From the NCBI GenBank assembly GCA_963737155.1, contig CAVTRN010000002.1, positions 1,376,001 through 1,440,000 of the forward strand: a stretch of 64,000 nt of DNA. Direction: 5' to 3'. The position numbers and the translations under genes were made by a program. Below are positions 9,360 through 21,282 of the stretch, piece after piece; position 1 is the first letter of the stretch; each line of letters opens with the position of its first letter. The notes beneath the pieces were generated by a model. That model did not search any database. It saw nothing but the letters and a program-made list of their open reading frames with translations, and was not told the DNA's origin. The DNA is from Nitrospirota bacterium (lineage in GTDB: Bacteria > Nitrospirota > UBA9217).

Positions 9360-9518
9360 TATCGTTCGCTTTGTAAAATGGAATTGCAGATTACGATTGC
9401 GGGATCTCACTGCGAGCTGCTTGGATTTCTTCCCAAGCTCGAAGAAAAATCTTGCTCGTTTTTGTCTCAAGAATATTTCTGTGTGCTCGTGAATTGTAGC
9501 TGAATAAATGTGTCTGCA

Positions 9519-9980
9519 TTAGGCGTTATATTCCGTTCCGCCGCTACCGCCCTCGCCGAAGTTTTTCATCCACGTATCAATCATTGTTGAATCCTGCTTT
9601 GCAATTACCTCCTCCTCAACAAACACCGGCGCTCCGATCCGTATTGCGATGGCAACGGCGTCGCTTGGTCGCGAATCGATGTGAAATTCCTTGTTGTTGT
9701 GGAGGAGATAGAGTGAGGCGTAAAACGTATTATCGATGAGATCGCTGATTACCACGCGGGCTATCTCGATCTCGAGCCGGTCAAAGATATTGACGATCAG
9801 GTCGTGGGTGTGGGGCCGATCGAGCTTGACGTTGCTCATGGCCATGGCAATGGAATTGCCTTCTGCAGCCCCGATCCAGATAGGGAGAATCTTTTTCCCG
9901 GTTTCATCCTTCAAAACGACGATATAGCTGTTGTTCTTGCTGTCGAAAAGGATGGTATTGACATTCATCTGGATCCACAT
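9519..9980 (-). CDS. Bifunctional nuclease family protein (DUF151)
   Basis: LPIWIG..E...I, RPHTHDL, IDSRPSDAVAIA. RBS GGAG before ATG 9980. Confidence 0.92.
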   Translation of the reverse strand: MWIQMNVNTILFDSKNNSYIVVLKDETGKKILPIWIGAAEGNSIAMAMSNVKLDRPHTHDLIVNIFDRLEIEIARVVISDLIDNTFYASLYLLHNNKEFHIDSRPSDAVAIAIRIGAPVFVEEEVIAKQDSTMIDTWMKNFGEGGSGGTEYNA

Positions 9981-10110
9981 TCTGGTTCTCCATATATAAA
10001 TTAAAAATACCACACCCCCGATGCCAAGTAAAGGGATTATTTTATTGACTTTTATTAAAGATACGATATACTTTCTTTTCCGTAAACTGCGAAGGAATTG
10101 CCGATTATCA

Positions 10111-11775
10111 ATGAAACAGACTCTGACTGAAATCTTGGTTCAGGCCCTAAACAGAGCCAGGGAAAAAGGCGAACTAAAACTCGAAACGCAGCCAAAAATC
10201 ACGCTGGATACCCCGCGAGAAAAAAATCATGGGGATCTTGCCACTACGGTCGCCATGGCCTTGGCCAAGTCCGAAACCAAGTCGCCCCGGAAGATCGCCG
10301 AAATCATCATCAGTAACATCCAGGATGAAGAAGGCCTCATTGAAAAGACTGAAATCGCAGGTCTGGGCTTCATCAATTTTATTCTGAAGCAAGATCTGTG
10401 GAAAAAGACGCTCTTTGAAATAGATACGGACGGAGGATCCTACGGCCTGGTGAATATCGGCAAAGGAGCAAAAGTCCTCGTCGAGTTTGTTAGCGCCAAC
10501 CCCACGGGACCGCTTCATGTAGGCCATGGACGCGGAGCGGCACTAGGAGACGCCTTGGCGAATCTTCTTGCTGCCGTCGGATATGATGTGAGCCGGGAAT
10601 TTTATATAAATGACGCAGGAAGACAAATTCGACTTCTTGCCTTGTCTGTCTATGCCCGCTACCAGCAGACACTCGGCAACGATTTCACGTTTCCCGAGGA
10701 TGGCTACCATGGCACATACATCGAGGAGATTGCTCAGGATTTTTGGAAGGTTCATGGCAATAAATTTTTGAACATTCCTTTCGAGGAATGTTCAGACTCG
10801 TTTGCGGACTACGGTAAGGAAACGATGCTTGCGGATATCCGTAGGGACCTTGAGACCTTCGGTGTCAGATTCGATACCTGGTTCAGCGAGGCGTCACTCC
10901 TTTCCGATGGATCAGTGCAGTCTTCCCTTGACGAACTGATGGAGAGCCGCAACCTTTACGAGCAGGACGGCGCACTCTGGCTCCGTTCCACTGCGTACGG
11001 AGACGACAAAGACCGGGTTGTGGTAAAGAAAGATAAAAGCTATACTTACTTGGCAACGGACATCGCCTACCACCGGAACAAGTTGGCACGCGGGTACACG
11101 ACACTGGTGAACATCTGGGGGGCCGATCATCATGGCTATATCCCGCGTGTTCAGGCCGTGATTCAAGCATTTGGCCATCCCAGGGATTCGCTCCAGGTAT
11201 TGCTGGTGCAGCTTGTGGCGATCCTTCGGCACGGGCAGCCGGTACCCATGTCCAAACGGGCGGGGACCTTTGTGACGCTCAGGGATGTTGTCCAGGATGT
11301 GGGCTGCGATGCCGCCCGGTACATTTTTCTTACACGACGCTCTGATAGTCATCTGGATTTCGACCTCAACCTCGCCAAGGAACAGTCCCGGGAAAATCCC
11401 GTGTATTATGTGCAATATGCCCATGCGCGGCTGGCAAGTATTTTTCGCGAGGCAGAGGTGAGAAATATCGCCGTACCGAGGAGTGAAGCTCTTGACCTGG
11501 TGTTGCTAGACCTTGATGAAGAGCATAATATCATCAAACTACTCGCCAAGTACCCCGAAGTGGTTGAGGAAGCGGCTCTGGCTTACGAGCCGCACAGGTT
11601 GACGTTCTACCTCCAGGATCTCGCCGGGTTGCTGCACAACTACTATTTTAAATACCGGATCATAAGTGACGACAGAGCCCGAACAGGCGCAAAATTGTTC
11701 CTCATGAAGCAGGTGAAGACAGTCATCCAGAGTGCCCTGAAAATTCTGGGAGTCAATGCTCCAGAGAGAATGTGA
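10111..11775 (+). CDS. argS: Arginine--tRNA ligase
   Basis: VEFVSANPTGPLHVGHGR, WGADHHGY, MSKRAG, NPVYYVQYAHAR, C-terminal APERM. Confidence 0.98.
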   Translation: MKQTLTEILVQALNRAREKGELKLETQPKITLDTPREKNHGDLATTVAMALAKSETKSPRKIAEIIISNIQDEEGLIEKTEIAGLGFINFILKQDLWKKTLFEIDTDGGSYGLVNIGKGAKVLVEFVSANPTGPLHVGHGRGAALGDALANLLAAVGYDVSREFYINDAGRQIRLLALSVYARYQQTLGNDFTFPEDGYHGTYIEEIAQDFWKVHGNKFLNIPFEECSDSFADYGKETMLADIRRDLETFGVRFDTWFSEASLLSDGSVQSSLDELMESRNLYEQDGALWLRSTAYGDDKDRVVVKKDKSYTYLATDIAYHRNKLARGYTTLVNIWGADHHGYIPRVQAVIQAFGHPRDSLQVLLVQLVAILRHGQPVPMSKRAGTFVTLRDVVQDVGCDAARYIFLTRRSDSHLDFDLNLAKEQSRENPVYYVQYAHARLASIFREAEVRNIAVPRSEALDLVLLDLDEEHNIIKLLAKYPEVVEEAALAYEPHRLTFYLQDLAGLLHNYYFKYRIISDDRARTGAKLFLMKQVKTVIQSALKILGVNAPERM

Positions 11776-11836
11776 GATGCTGACAACAGGGGAAAACCAA
11801 AGATTTTTAGTGATATTAGCATGCTGGCTTCTGTAA

Positions 11837-12961
<1,125 letters not shown>

Positions 12962-13080
12962 CGACAGAAGCCCAAGTAACAGTGATCAAAGTATAAGGGG
13001 GGAGCCCTGACCTGTTCATTTGCATTTACTTAAAAAACTGGTTTTTGAAATTTTTACATTTATTATGAGGAGGTAATACC

Positions 13081-13422
13081 ATGTTTATCGCAACGGCTTA
13101 TGCAATGGGAGCGACGGGTGGCGGCACAGCGGCACCGGGTGGATCAGGAGGTTTTTCCAGTATTATCATGATGGCGGTCATTTTTGCCATCTTTTACTTC
13201 ATCCTGATCCGGCCTCAGCAGAAGAAGATGAAGGATCACAAAAAGATGGTGGAGGAACTCAAGAAGGGAGATAAGATCATCACCTCGGGTGGCATCTATG
13301 GTACGGTTGTAGGCAGTGGGACGAACACACTGAAGGTGGAGATCGCGGACGGTGTAAAGGTGAAAATTGCCCGCAGTACCGTCGGCACAGTGCTGTCTGA
13401 GGAAGAAGCTTCGAAAGAATAG
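13081..13422 (+). CDS. yajC: Preprotein translocase subunit YajC
   Basis: FYFILIRPQQKK, L.KGD.IITSGGIYG; tgt-yajC-secD synteny. Confidence 0.96.
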   Translation: MFIATAYAMGATGGGTAAPGGSGGFSSIIMMAVIFAIFYFILIRPQQKKMKDHKKMVEELKKGDKIITSGGIYGTVVGSGTNTLKVEIADGVKVKIARSTVGTVLSEEEASKE

Positions 13423-13539
13423 CAAGGAAGTGAAAAAGCGTTACGGCATGAACAGGACGGCAAGCGGTGAGTTTTCTTTTTCCGGGTTGAAAGAAATCGC
13501 AGTTCTTTATTCTGATTTTGTGTTTCAGGAGGCAAGTGT

Positions 13540-15114
13540 ATGAAGAAAAGTATTCAGTGGAGAATGGCGCTCATCGCCTTTTCGGTACTGCTCGCGCTGT
13601 TTTTATTTCTGCCGTCAACACCGCTGAGGGACAGTCTGCCCTCGGTGTGGCGCGAGAGTGTTCCCAAAATATCGCTCGGACTTGACCTCAGGGGCGGTAG
13701 CGCCCTCGTGATGCAGGTTGAGACGGATAAGGCTGTGGAATCCTCGGTGGACAACATCGTGGCTGCCTTGCAGACAACGGCTGCAGAACAGAAGCTTGAG
13801 GTGATGTTTAACAGGACTGGTCTGGACATCAGCGCCAAATTCCCCGAGGCTCAACTCGACAACGTAGAGAAGCTCGTCAAGGACAGCTACGCTATTCTTG
13901 ATATAAAGTCCCAGTCCCAGGGGGAATTGATCTACAGTTTGAAGGCTGCTGAAGTGAATCGTCTAAAAGTGTCGGCTGTGCAGGAGGCTCTCGAACGGAC
14001 CCGCTTGAGAGTGGACAAATATGGAGTGGCCGAACCGCAGATCTACAAGCAGGAAAGCGATCAGATTGCTCTCCAACTTCCGGGTGTGAAAAATCCGCAG
14101 GATGCAATCGCCTTTATTAAGACGGCAGGCAGACTTGAGTTTAAACTGGTTAACCTCGATCCCGAAGAACTCCAGAAGGCGATTGCCGGAAAGGTTCCAG
14201 AGGGTATGGAGCTCCTCTATGAGGAAAGGGAAGGCGAGGGGGGCAAGATTGAGAAACGGCCGGTCCTGCTCTACAGCAAGACACTTCTGACCGGTGACCG
14301 CCTGAAGGAGGCCAAGGTCGGCATCGACCAGTACAACAAGCCTGACATATCAATATCGTTCGACAGCGAGGGTGCCAATATTTTTGACCGCATCACTGGT
14401 GATAATGTCGGAAAACAGCTCGCCATTGTGCTCGATGGAGTGGTACAGTCGGCACCGCGCATCCAGGATCGCATCAGCGGCGGCAACGCGGAAATTACCG
14501 GGAACTTTACTAATGAAGAGGCTGAGAAGCTCGCCATCGTGCTACGTGAATCGCTGCCGGCTCCCGTGAAGATCATCCAGAACGTGACAGTCGGCCCATC
14601 GCTGGGCCAGGATTCCATCAACATGGGTGTCCGCTCTGCGCTGATCGGTGGTCTAGTGGTTATCGTATTCATGGTTTTTTATTACCGTTTGGCTGGGGTC
14701 ATCGCAGACTATGCCATTGTGCTGAACCTTGTGCTGCTCCTCGGAGCCATGGCGTTGCTGAACGCAACGCTTACTCTGCCAGGTATCGCAGGCATCATCC
14801 TTACCATCGGCATGGGCGTCGATTCAAACGTGCTGATGTTCGAGCGCATCCGCGAGGAGATCAGGGCGGGCAAGCTGCCCCGTCCGGCGGTTGACTCGGG
14901 ATACGACAAGGCTTTTCTGACGATCCTAGACTCTCACGTGACGACGCTTATTACGGCTGCCGTGCTTTTCATGTTCGGCACGGGCCCCATTAAAGGTTTC
15001 GCTGTATCGCTCAGTCTCGGCATCATCATCAACCTCTATTCCGCCTTGGTGGGCACAAAGGTGATATTTGACATCATCAATTCCAAGTGGAAGCTGGAGA
15101 AACTCAGTATTTAG
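13540..15114 (+). CDS. secD: Protein translocase subunit SecD
   Basis: LGLDLRGG, VGPSLGQDSI, TLTLPGIAGIILTIGMGVDSNV. Confidence 0.97.
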   Translation: MKKSIQWRMALIAFSVLLALFLFLPSTPLRDSLPSVWRESVPKISLGLDLRGGSALVMQVETDKAVESSVDNIVAALQTTAAEQKLEVMFNRTGLDISAKFPEAQLDNVEKLVKDSYAILDIKSQSQGELIYSLKAAEVNRLKVSAVQEALERTRLRVDKYGVAEPQIYKQESDQIALQLPGVKNPQDAIAFIKTAGRLEFKLVNLDPEELQKAIAGKVPEGMELLYEEREGEGGKIEKRPVLLYSKTLLTGDRLKEAKVGIDQYNKPDISISFDSEGANIFDRITGDNVGKQLAIVLDGVVQSAPRIQDRISGGNAEITGNFTNEEAEKLAIVLRESLPAPVKIIQNVTVGPSLGQDSINMGVRSALIGGLVVIVFMVFYYRLAGVIADYAIVLNLVLLLGAMALLNATLTLPGIAGIILTIGMGVDSNVLMFERIREEIRAGKLPRPAVDSGYDKAFLTILDSHVTTLITAAVLFMFGTGPIKGFAVSLSLGIIINLYSALVGTKVIFDIINSKWKLEKLSI

Positions 15115-15144
15115 TTCCCCGAGAAGCGGGGCAGGGAGGAAGAA

Positions 15145-16053
15145 ATGCTTCAAATTCTGCATAAAACCAACATCGACTTCATGGGGTGGAAGAATGTATC
15201 TTTTTCATTCTCCGCCCTTCTCGTTATCCTTGGCATCATAGGCTTGGTGCAGATAGGACGTGGCAAGGCGAACCTAGGCATCGATTTCGTCGGCGGCACA
15301 ACGATCCAACTCGGCTTTAAAGATGCTGTGCCGATTAACAAGGCGCGAGCTGCACTCGAAAAGAATGGCTTTCAGGGTTCGACCATTCAGGAAGTCGGCG
15401 AGGGGGGAAATAAAATCCTGATCAGATTGCGCGAATCCGAAGGCACTTCGGATAAGGTGCAGAACGTGTTCAGGCAGGAGTTCCCAGGAAATCCCTTCGA
15501 GGTCATCAGCATCGAGGAGATTGGGCCAGTGATCGGCCAGGCCCTTCAGCGCCAAGCGCTCTGGGCGGTCACGATATCGATCGCGGCAATCATCATCTAC
15601 ATCGCCTTCCGCTTCCAATTCAAGTTCGGCGTGGCCGCAGCCATTGCGACGGTGCATGACGTCCTCGCGGTGCTCGGTATCTTTTACATTCTGAACAAGG
15701 AGATCAACCTGCTTATCGTCACAGCGCTTCTGACGCTTGCGGGTTACTCGCTGACCGATACTGTGGTGGTTTTTGACCGGATTCGGGAGAATATCAAAAA
15801 GAACCGGCGCGATCCGCTGCCAAAACTGGTAAACGACAGCATTAACGAGGTGCTGTCCCGGACCATCATTACATCGCTTACGGTGGTGCTTGTGCTTGTA
15901 CCACTCGTGCTGTTCGGTGGCGATGTGCTGCATGATTTTTCCATAGCGCTCCTTATGGGAGTTATCGTGGGGACCTACTCTTCAGTGTTTGTCGCAAGCC
16001 CCGTGCTAGTGGTGTGGCATGTGAAGACAGGTGGAAAACTGATCGGGAAGTAA
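15145..16053 (+). CDS. secF: Protein translocase subunit SecF
   Basis: LGIDFVGG, GYSLTDTVVVFDRIRE, GTYSSVFVA. Confidence 0.97.
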   Translation: MLQILHKTNIDFMGWKNVSFSFSALLVILGIIGLVQIGRGKANLGIDFVGGTTIQLGFKDAVPINKARAALEKNGFQGSTIQEVGEGGNKILIRLRESEGTSDKVQNVFRQEFPGNPFEVISIEEIGPVIGQALQRQALWAVTISIAAIIIYIAFRFQFKFGVAAAIATVHDVLAVLGIFYILNKEINLLIVTALLTLAGYSLTDTVVVFDRIRENIKKNRRDPLPKLVNDSINEVLSRTIITSLTVVLVLVPLVLFGGDVLHDFSIALLMGVIVGTYSSVFVASPVLVVWHVKTGGKLIGK

Positions 16054-16103
16054 TAGCGGCGAGCTTGTTAGTTTGCAGCAGAAGGCAATATTGTATCTTT
16101 TCT

Positions 16104-16136
16104 AAAGGGGAGGAAGCGTGATGCTTCTCCCTTTTT
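16104..16136 (+). terminator. Intrinsic terminator after secF
   Basis: AAAGGGGAGGAAGC-GTGAT-GCTTCTCCCTTTTT hairpin plus T tract. Confidence 0.65.
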
Positions 16137-16702
16137 GTTTAGATAATCACAATCGAGTGTGTGATTTACGTGAAACAATTGGTAGCTAGAGCGCAGCGAA
16201 ACCGGCCAACATCCACCCAATGGATTCAGCGTCAGGTTTGATTAATGACTTGGCTCCAAGTCAACGGTGAGATTTTCTACCAAAAAACGTTGCCCTTGTC
16301 ACAGCAATCATTGCTATTGTACGAAGCTTCAACTTGATTATCGATCACAAGAAACAGAAATTCATTAGGTTTCTCGCTACGTTACCCGCCAACCCGGAGT
16401 TTATAGCCCTTTGGATGATATATCAACCTTTAGACGACATAGCGGAGAAGAAAGCAGTTTGCTCTCCACCTTGAAAACAACCGAAGACTTCTATAGACGA
16501 TTGGCAAACTTGGTCACATGACTCATGTTCGCAACAGATTTTTGGTTAAGCCATTGGCCTTAACTGCAGCTTTCCGCATCAGGAACTTATTATGCTCAAA
16601 AGGAAGAATTTCTGACCGTTTTGCATACCTCTTTTGTTGCGGCTGAAGCGACGATGTGTTACTATGCCAGTAAAATTACTCCAATTAGAAAAGCAGGGAA
16701 CT

Positions 16703-17386
16703 ATGTTCGAGGATACTATCAAAACAATTCGCATTGCCGGCAGTGATGCCAGAATCCTGTTGGAGTCCGATCTCATCCGGCTCACCTGCGGCGTGAGCGG
16801 ATGCAGTTCCAACTGTTGCACAAAAAGCGCTCCCATCGTGCTCAATCCGTATGAAATCGCTTTGATATGTCGGGAAAGCAACACGGCTTATGAAGACCTT
16901 CTAGACATTGTAGATACGGGCAGGGCCAAGGGCTTCCCCCTCGTTATGCTGCCGCGTGACCCTCATTGTCATTTCTGGACCGGTAAAGGGTGCCGCATCT
17001 ACAGGAGTCGTCCACTTGCCTGCCGGCTGTATCCGCTCGGCAGGGTATTCGACCGGGGAACGTCACATATCGTATTGCCAGATCTCAATGTTTGCTCGGG
17101 TTTGTCAGCCTCGCCCGACAAATCCGTAGCTGATTACCTGCGCGATCAGGACACCGTCGTACAGATCCAGATGGCGGACCGATGGATAGAGTTTGTGTCC
17201 GATTTGGAGCAGAAGCCGCTACCCGACAAACCAGTCACCTCGGTGGCTTTTCATTTGCTGGTTTACAGTCCTGATACGCCGCCTGCTGTTGACCATAGCG
17301 ATTCTAAGCTTTCTCTCGAGGAACGATGCATCCTGCGGCTTGCGACAGCTCGACACCAGATTCCCATGTATTTGGGGGGCCTGTAG
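16703..17386 (+). CDS. YkgJ-family CxxCxxCC Fe-S/Zn cluster protein
   Basis: CGVSGCSSNCC, C.FW....C.IY..RPLACRLYPLGR. Confidence 0.88.
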   Translation: MFEDTIKTIRIAGSDARILLESDLIRLTCGVSGCSSNCCTKSAPIVLNPYEIALICRESNTAYEDLLDIVDTGRAKGFPLVMLPRDPHCHFWTGKGCRIYRSRPLACRLYPLGRVFDRGTSHIVLPDLNVCSGLSASPDKSVADYLRDQDTVVQIQMADRWIEFVSDLEQKPLPDKPVTSVAFHLLVYSPDTPPAVDHSDSKLSLEERCILRLATARHQIPMYLGGL

Positions 17387-17571
17387 TTTTTTTTCTGCTT
17401 TTACTGTCAAAGTTGGCTGGGCCAGGCCCATCCAATGCCTGTACGGCTGCATGTCAATTGATACATTATTAAAGAACGGCTATTGACAGGACTAGTCACT
17501 CCCGATATTATAATTATATTTATGGTATTATCAAAACCGCCGTGGGATCTCCTTTTCCTATTGGTAAGCAT

Positions 17572-19968
17572 ATGACATTGTTTCGACAGTTCGTTCTGAC
17601 GCTGTTCATGGTGGTGTTGGCCTCCTGCGCAGCGAATAAGGCGGTTCCTTTGAACAGCGTTGTTCCGGAAGCGCCGCATTCCGCATCCCCAACAATCAAA
17701 CGGATTTCCCTAATTGACCCCGAGAAAGCGCTGAAAACCGCTCTTGATTCGGAAAAAACCGAGAATTGGGAGGCTGTGCTTCTTCTGTGCAGGCAGATTG
17801 CCGAGCAGTACCCCAATACGATTTGGTATAGACGGTCGCTTTTTTTGTCCGAACGCGCGTTTATTCGGCTTGACAGCCCCAGTGAGGCGGAGTCAGCCAT
17901 GCTTAGCATACGGACAGAGTATTCTGAAATGGCTGATTACGCCGTCTTTCTTCTGGCGGAGTATTTTAATTCAAAAGGCCTATACAGCAAAGCTGCAGCC
18001 CTGTACGAGGTCCTGATGGAAAATTACCCAAAGAGCTCCCTTCGGATGCGTTCGGAATATCAGCGCGGGCTGGCCCTTCTCGGGATGTATGCCCATCCCC
18101 AGGCCATCGACGCTTTCATGGAGTTTCTTGAAACATACCCGCATTCCGAGTTGGCGCCTGATGCGGGTCTGGGCTTGGCACGGGCTCTGACCGCCGAGGT
18201 ACAGCTTGAGCAGGCAGTGCGAGTCTACCAGAACGTGTGGATCAAGACCCCTGGCACTGACGCGGATCTGGAGGTGGAGAAGACTCTTTCGGAGATGAAA
18301 TCCTGGGGAGTGGAAGTTCCGGAATATACCGTTGATGAGCTTTTCGAACGCGGAAAGACCCTGTTCCTGATGAGCCAATACGAAAAAGCTGTAGACGTCT
18401 TTATGAGGATTCTCTCGAAGGACGTGGCCCCTTCGTACCGGTCAGACGTTCTCCTTCGTGTTGGCATCGCCCTTTTCAATCTGAACCGGCAGGCAGATTC
18501 TGCGGCCATCCTCGAAAAGATGGTGCATGATTATCCCACAGACCCGAAGACGCCGGAGGCGCTGTTCTGGATTGGGAGATGTTACAGCAAACTCGACGCC
18601 AAGGAGCGGGGGATCAGGGCCTTTCAAAAACTGCTCGGCCACTTTCCGGAAAGTAAGTGGGCCGATGATGCGCTCTTCTCAATGGCAAACATTTATCGTG
18701 AATCAGGAGACATGAAAAAAGCTCTCCCGTTTTACGAACGGTTAAGCAGGGAATACCCCGACAGCAGGTTTGCCGACAGCGCAATCTGGTGGAGAGCTTG
18801 GTCCTCGTATACAGTCGGTGATTACAGGAGGTCAGAACAGACGCTCCAGGAACTTATCAACCGTTATCCCCGTTCGTTTCTGGTGGAACAGTCGCGCTAC
18901 TGGCAGGGTAGGGCGGCCGAAAAAATGAGCAATCCATCGCGCGCGGCGGCTTACTTCGAAGAGGTGTTGAGAAGGGGTCCTTACACGTATTACGGATACC
19001 TCGCTGCTGAACGAAAAGGACGTCTAGAAGCGGCAATAGCGGACTTCAAAACTGCGAGCACCATCAGTATAAATATTGATGACGTCTGCGAGGGTGGAAA
19101 CTCCAGCGGTCATCCGATGAATTCCTTTGGTAGTAATGAGGGACCGTCGAAATGGACCGGTGAAGCGCAGCAGGCCCTTTCTGAGGAGCCTTCCTACCGG
19201 AAGACGCTGGAATTAATATCGCTTGATATGAAAAAGGAGGCAGATCAGGAGCTGTCGGCACTCCAAGGCTCCATGCCCCGTCAACAGGGCATCTTCATCG
19301 TTTTGAGCAAGGTCTTCTTCGACCTGGGCGATTACTATCGTTCCCTCCAGTTAGTGCTCAGAAACTACGAGCGGTACCTGGAACGGCCTGTGGAGGGAGT
19401 ACCTGAGGATATGTGGTTTCTCGCCTATCCCCAGGACTATTGGGAAAGCATTCTTTCCTACGCCCGGAAGTATGGCCAGGACCCATACTTTATCGCTGCC
19501 GTTGTCCGGGAAGAGAGCCAGTTCTCTCCCGGAGCGTTGTCACACGCGGGAGCGCGAGGGTTGATGCAAGTGATGCCGACTACCGCGGAGTGGGTCGCAA
19601 AGCGGATTAAACTATGCGGTTTCGATCGGAGCAAGCTGTTTGACGCCGACACAGGAGTCAATGTCGGAACATGGTATATCAGTTATCTCATGAAGCAATT
19701 TAAGGGAGATCCTCTCCTGGTTGCGGCGGCATACAACGCCGGACCTGATGCAGTAACGGCATGGCTCGAAAAAGTCGGCTCTGACCGGGATAGGGACGCT
19801 TTCGTCGAAGAAATTCCTTATGCAGAAACGCGTGGATATGTGAAGAAGGTGCTTCGTAACTATGGCGAGTACCTGAGAATTTATGGGAAGCCCGATGGGT
19901 CCGCGTTTTTAGGACCAGTGAGCAGCAATCCAGAGCCGGCCGTTACAACGGGAAAAGGAAGAGATTGA
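17572..19968 (+). CDS. TPR-containing soluble lytic transglycosylase (Slt70-like lipoprotein)
   Basis: Lipobox VLASC, many TPR repeats, SLT motifs REESQF, GARGLMQVMP, AAYNAG, ETRGYVKKV. Confidence 0.93.
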   Translation: MTLFRQFVLTLFMVVLASCAANKAVPLNSVVPEAPHSASPTIKRISLIDPEKALKTALDSEKTENWEAVLLLCRQIAEQYPNTIWYRRSLFLSERAFIRLDSPSEAESAMLSIRTEYSEMADYAVFLLAEYFNSKGLYSKAAALYEVLMENYPKSSLRMRSEYQRGLALLGMYAHPQAIDAFMEFLETYPHSELAPDAGLGLARALTAEVQLEQAVRVYQNVWIKTPGTDADLEVEKTLSEMKSWGVEVPEYTVDELFERGKTLFLMSQYEKAVDVFMRILSKDVAPSYRSDVLLRVGIALFNLNRQADSAAILEKMVHDYPTDPKTPEALFWIGRCYSKLDAKERGIRAFQKLLGHFPESKWADDALFSMANIYRESGDMKKALPFYERLSREYPDSRFADSAIWWRAWSSYTVGDYRRSEQTLQELINRYPRSFLVEQSRYWQGRAAEKMSNPSRAAAYFEEVLRRGPYTYYGYLAAERKGRLEAAIADFKTASTISINIDDVCEGGNSSGHPMNSFGSNEGPSKWTGEAQQALSEEPSYRKTLELISLDMKKEADQELSALQGSMPRQQGIFIVLSKVFFDLGDYYRSLQLVLRNYERYLERPVEGVPEDMWFLAYPQDYWESILSYARKYGQDPYFIAAVVREESQFSPGALSHAGARGLMQVMPTTAEWVAKRIKLCGFDRSKLFDADTGVNVGTWYISYLMKQFKGDPLLVAAAYNAGPDAVTAWLEKVGSDRDRDAFVEEIPYAETRGYVKKVLRNYGEYLRIYGKPDGSAFLGPVSSNPEPAVTTGKGRD

Positions 19969-20038
19969 CATGGCGGATTTACTTCCGCTCCGGTTCGGTT
20001 ACCTGAAGTATCCTTTAACTAGGTTGAGGAATGTTGTA

Positions 20039-20278
20039 TTGAAAGAGCTCGATGAAAAATTAAGCTTGATAGAAAAGCGTGTTCGTGCGCTTATGGCCGA
20101 GAATAAGAATCTTACCGACCGAATCTGCAATCTTGAGCAGGAGCTTCTTGTGGCGCGCCGCGAAGCACAGAAGTCAGAACACCATTATGACAGAAATCTG
20201 ATCATTCGTGAGAAGATCGAACATATTCTACACGCCCTCGAGTCCATCGGAATAAAAAGCACGATTGATCAACGGTAA
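20039..20278 (+). CDS. Short coiled-coil protein, ZapB-like
   Basis: RBS GAGG before TTG 20039; heptad coiled coil L..LE.KV..L..EN..L ending REKIEHIL..LE. Confidence 0.6.
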   Translation: MKELDEKLSLIEKRVRALMAENKNLTDRICNLEQELLVARREAQKSEHHYDRNLIIREKIEHILHALESIGIKSTIDQR

Positions 20279-20417
20279 GAAAATGAGTCAAGAAAGAGGC
20301 CGCCCTAATGATGAGTGAGGCTTTTTATTCTTTTTTGAGTTCTAAAACTCGTCTCTACAAGAAGGAGATGTAAGACGCTGGTTTCGAAGCAACAAATAAA
20401 ATCCTATCACTATAGGG

Positions 20418-20446
20418 TGGACTTATGATCAGTATCACGATATAAA
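20418..20446 (+). promoter_or_regulatory. Sigma70-like promoter
   Basis: TGGACT-N17-TATAAA. Confidence 0.3.
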
Positions 20447-20715
20447 TAAAAGCTGATATCGCGTACTCGTAGAGCAGTCAAGTTTGCCAGGTGTTCAGCC
20501 GGTCAGGTTTGCCGTTTCTCTCGTGGCAACGCCCGCGCGCTACAAAGACAGTAAAGCATCAATCACTAAAAGAGCGAACCAGTTATTGTACGCAAGTAAA
20601 CAGGCTGGTCGAAATCGTCTGACTTTGGACTTTTAGCTCTGCGAAAAAAATAGGAGGGTGGAATACTGTTAATATTTATATTGTATAATATAATTTTATA
20701 TGATATAATGTATTT

Positions 20716-21282
20716 ATGAAACTAAGCGTATGGGCAAAGCAACAAGGTATAACCTATCAAGCGGCATGGAAATGGTGGAAGGCTGGCAAGCTGCCGGTTG
20801 AGGCTGAGCAGATGCCTACCGGAACCATCATTATAAAAGAGCAGAAAACTGCCCAAGGTTCTGTTGCTCTTTATGCCCGGGTATCCAGTCATGACCAAAA
20901 GAAAGACCTGGACGGGCAGCTCGGGCGGCTTTCCGTATATGCCGCTTCCAAAAGATTGTCAGTTTCAAAAGCGGTGTCTGAGGTTGGATCTGGTCTTAAT
21001 GGGCACAGGCCAAAACTCATGAAGCTGCTTGCCGACTCCAACGTCAGTATTATTGTCGCCTTGCATCGTGACCGGCTTATGCGGTTTGGATCTGAGTATG
21101 TAGAATCGGCACTTCGAGCTCAAGGTCGTCAATTTATTATTGTAGACCAGACCGAGCTAAAGGACGATCTGGTGCTGGACATGATTGAAGTATTGACATC
21201 GTTTTGCGCAAGGCTCTACGGACGCCGGTCAGCGGCCAATAAAGCAAAAAAAGCTCTGGAGGCCATGGAAAATGGCAAGTAA
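20716..21282 (+). CDS. tnpA: IS607 transposase (MerR-like HTH plus serine recombinase)
   Basis: MKLSVWAKQQGITY, YARVSSHDQKKDL, EVGSGLNG.R.KL, RDRLMRFG, FCARLYGRRSA. Confidence 0.96.
   Translation: MKLSVWAKQQGITYQAAWKWWKAGKLPVEAEQMPTGTIIIKEQKTAQGSVALYARVSSHDQKKDLDGQLGRLSVYAASKRLSVSKAVSEVGSGLNGHRPKLMKLLADSNVSIIVALHRDRLMRFGSEYVESALRAQGRQFIIVDQTELKDDLVLDMIEVLTSFCARLYGRRSAANKAKKALEAMENGK

Noticed and set aside
16140-16600. Gene or ncRNA in the gap after secF
   Set aside because: No convincing ORF, motif or structure recognised.
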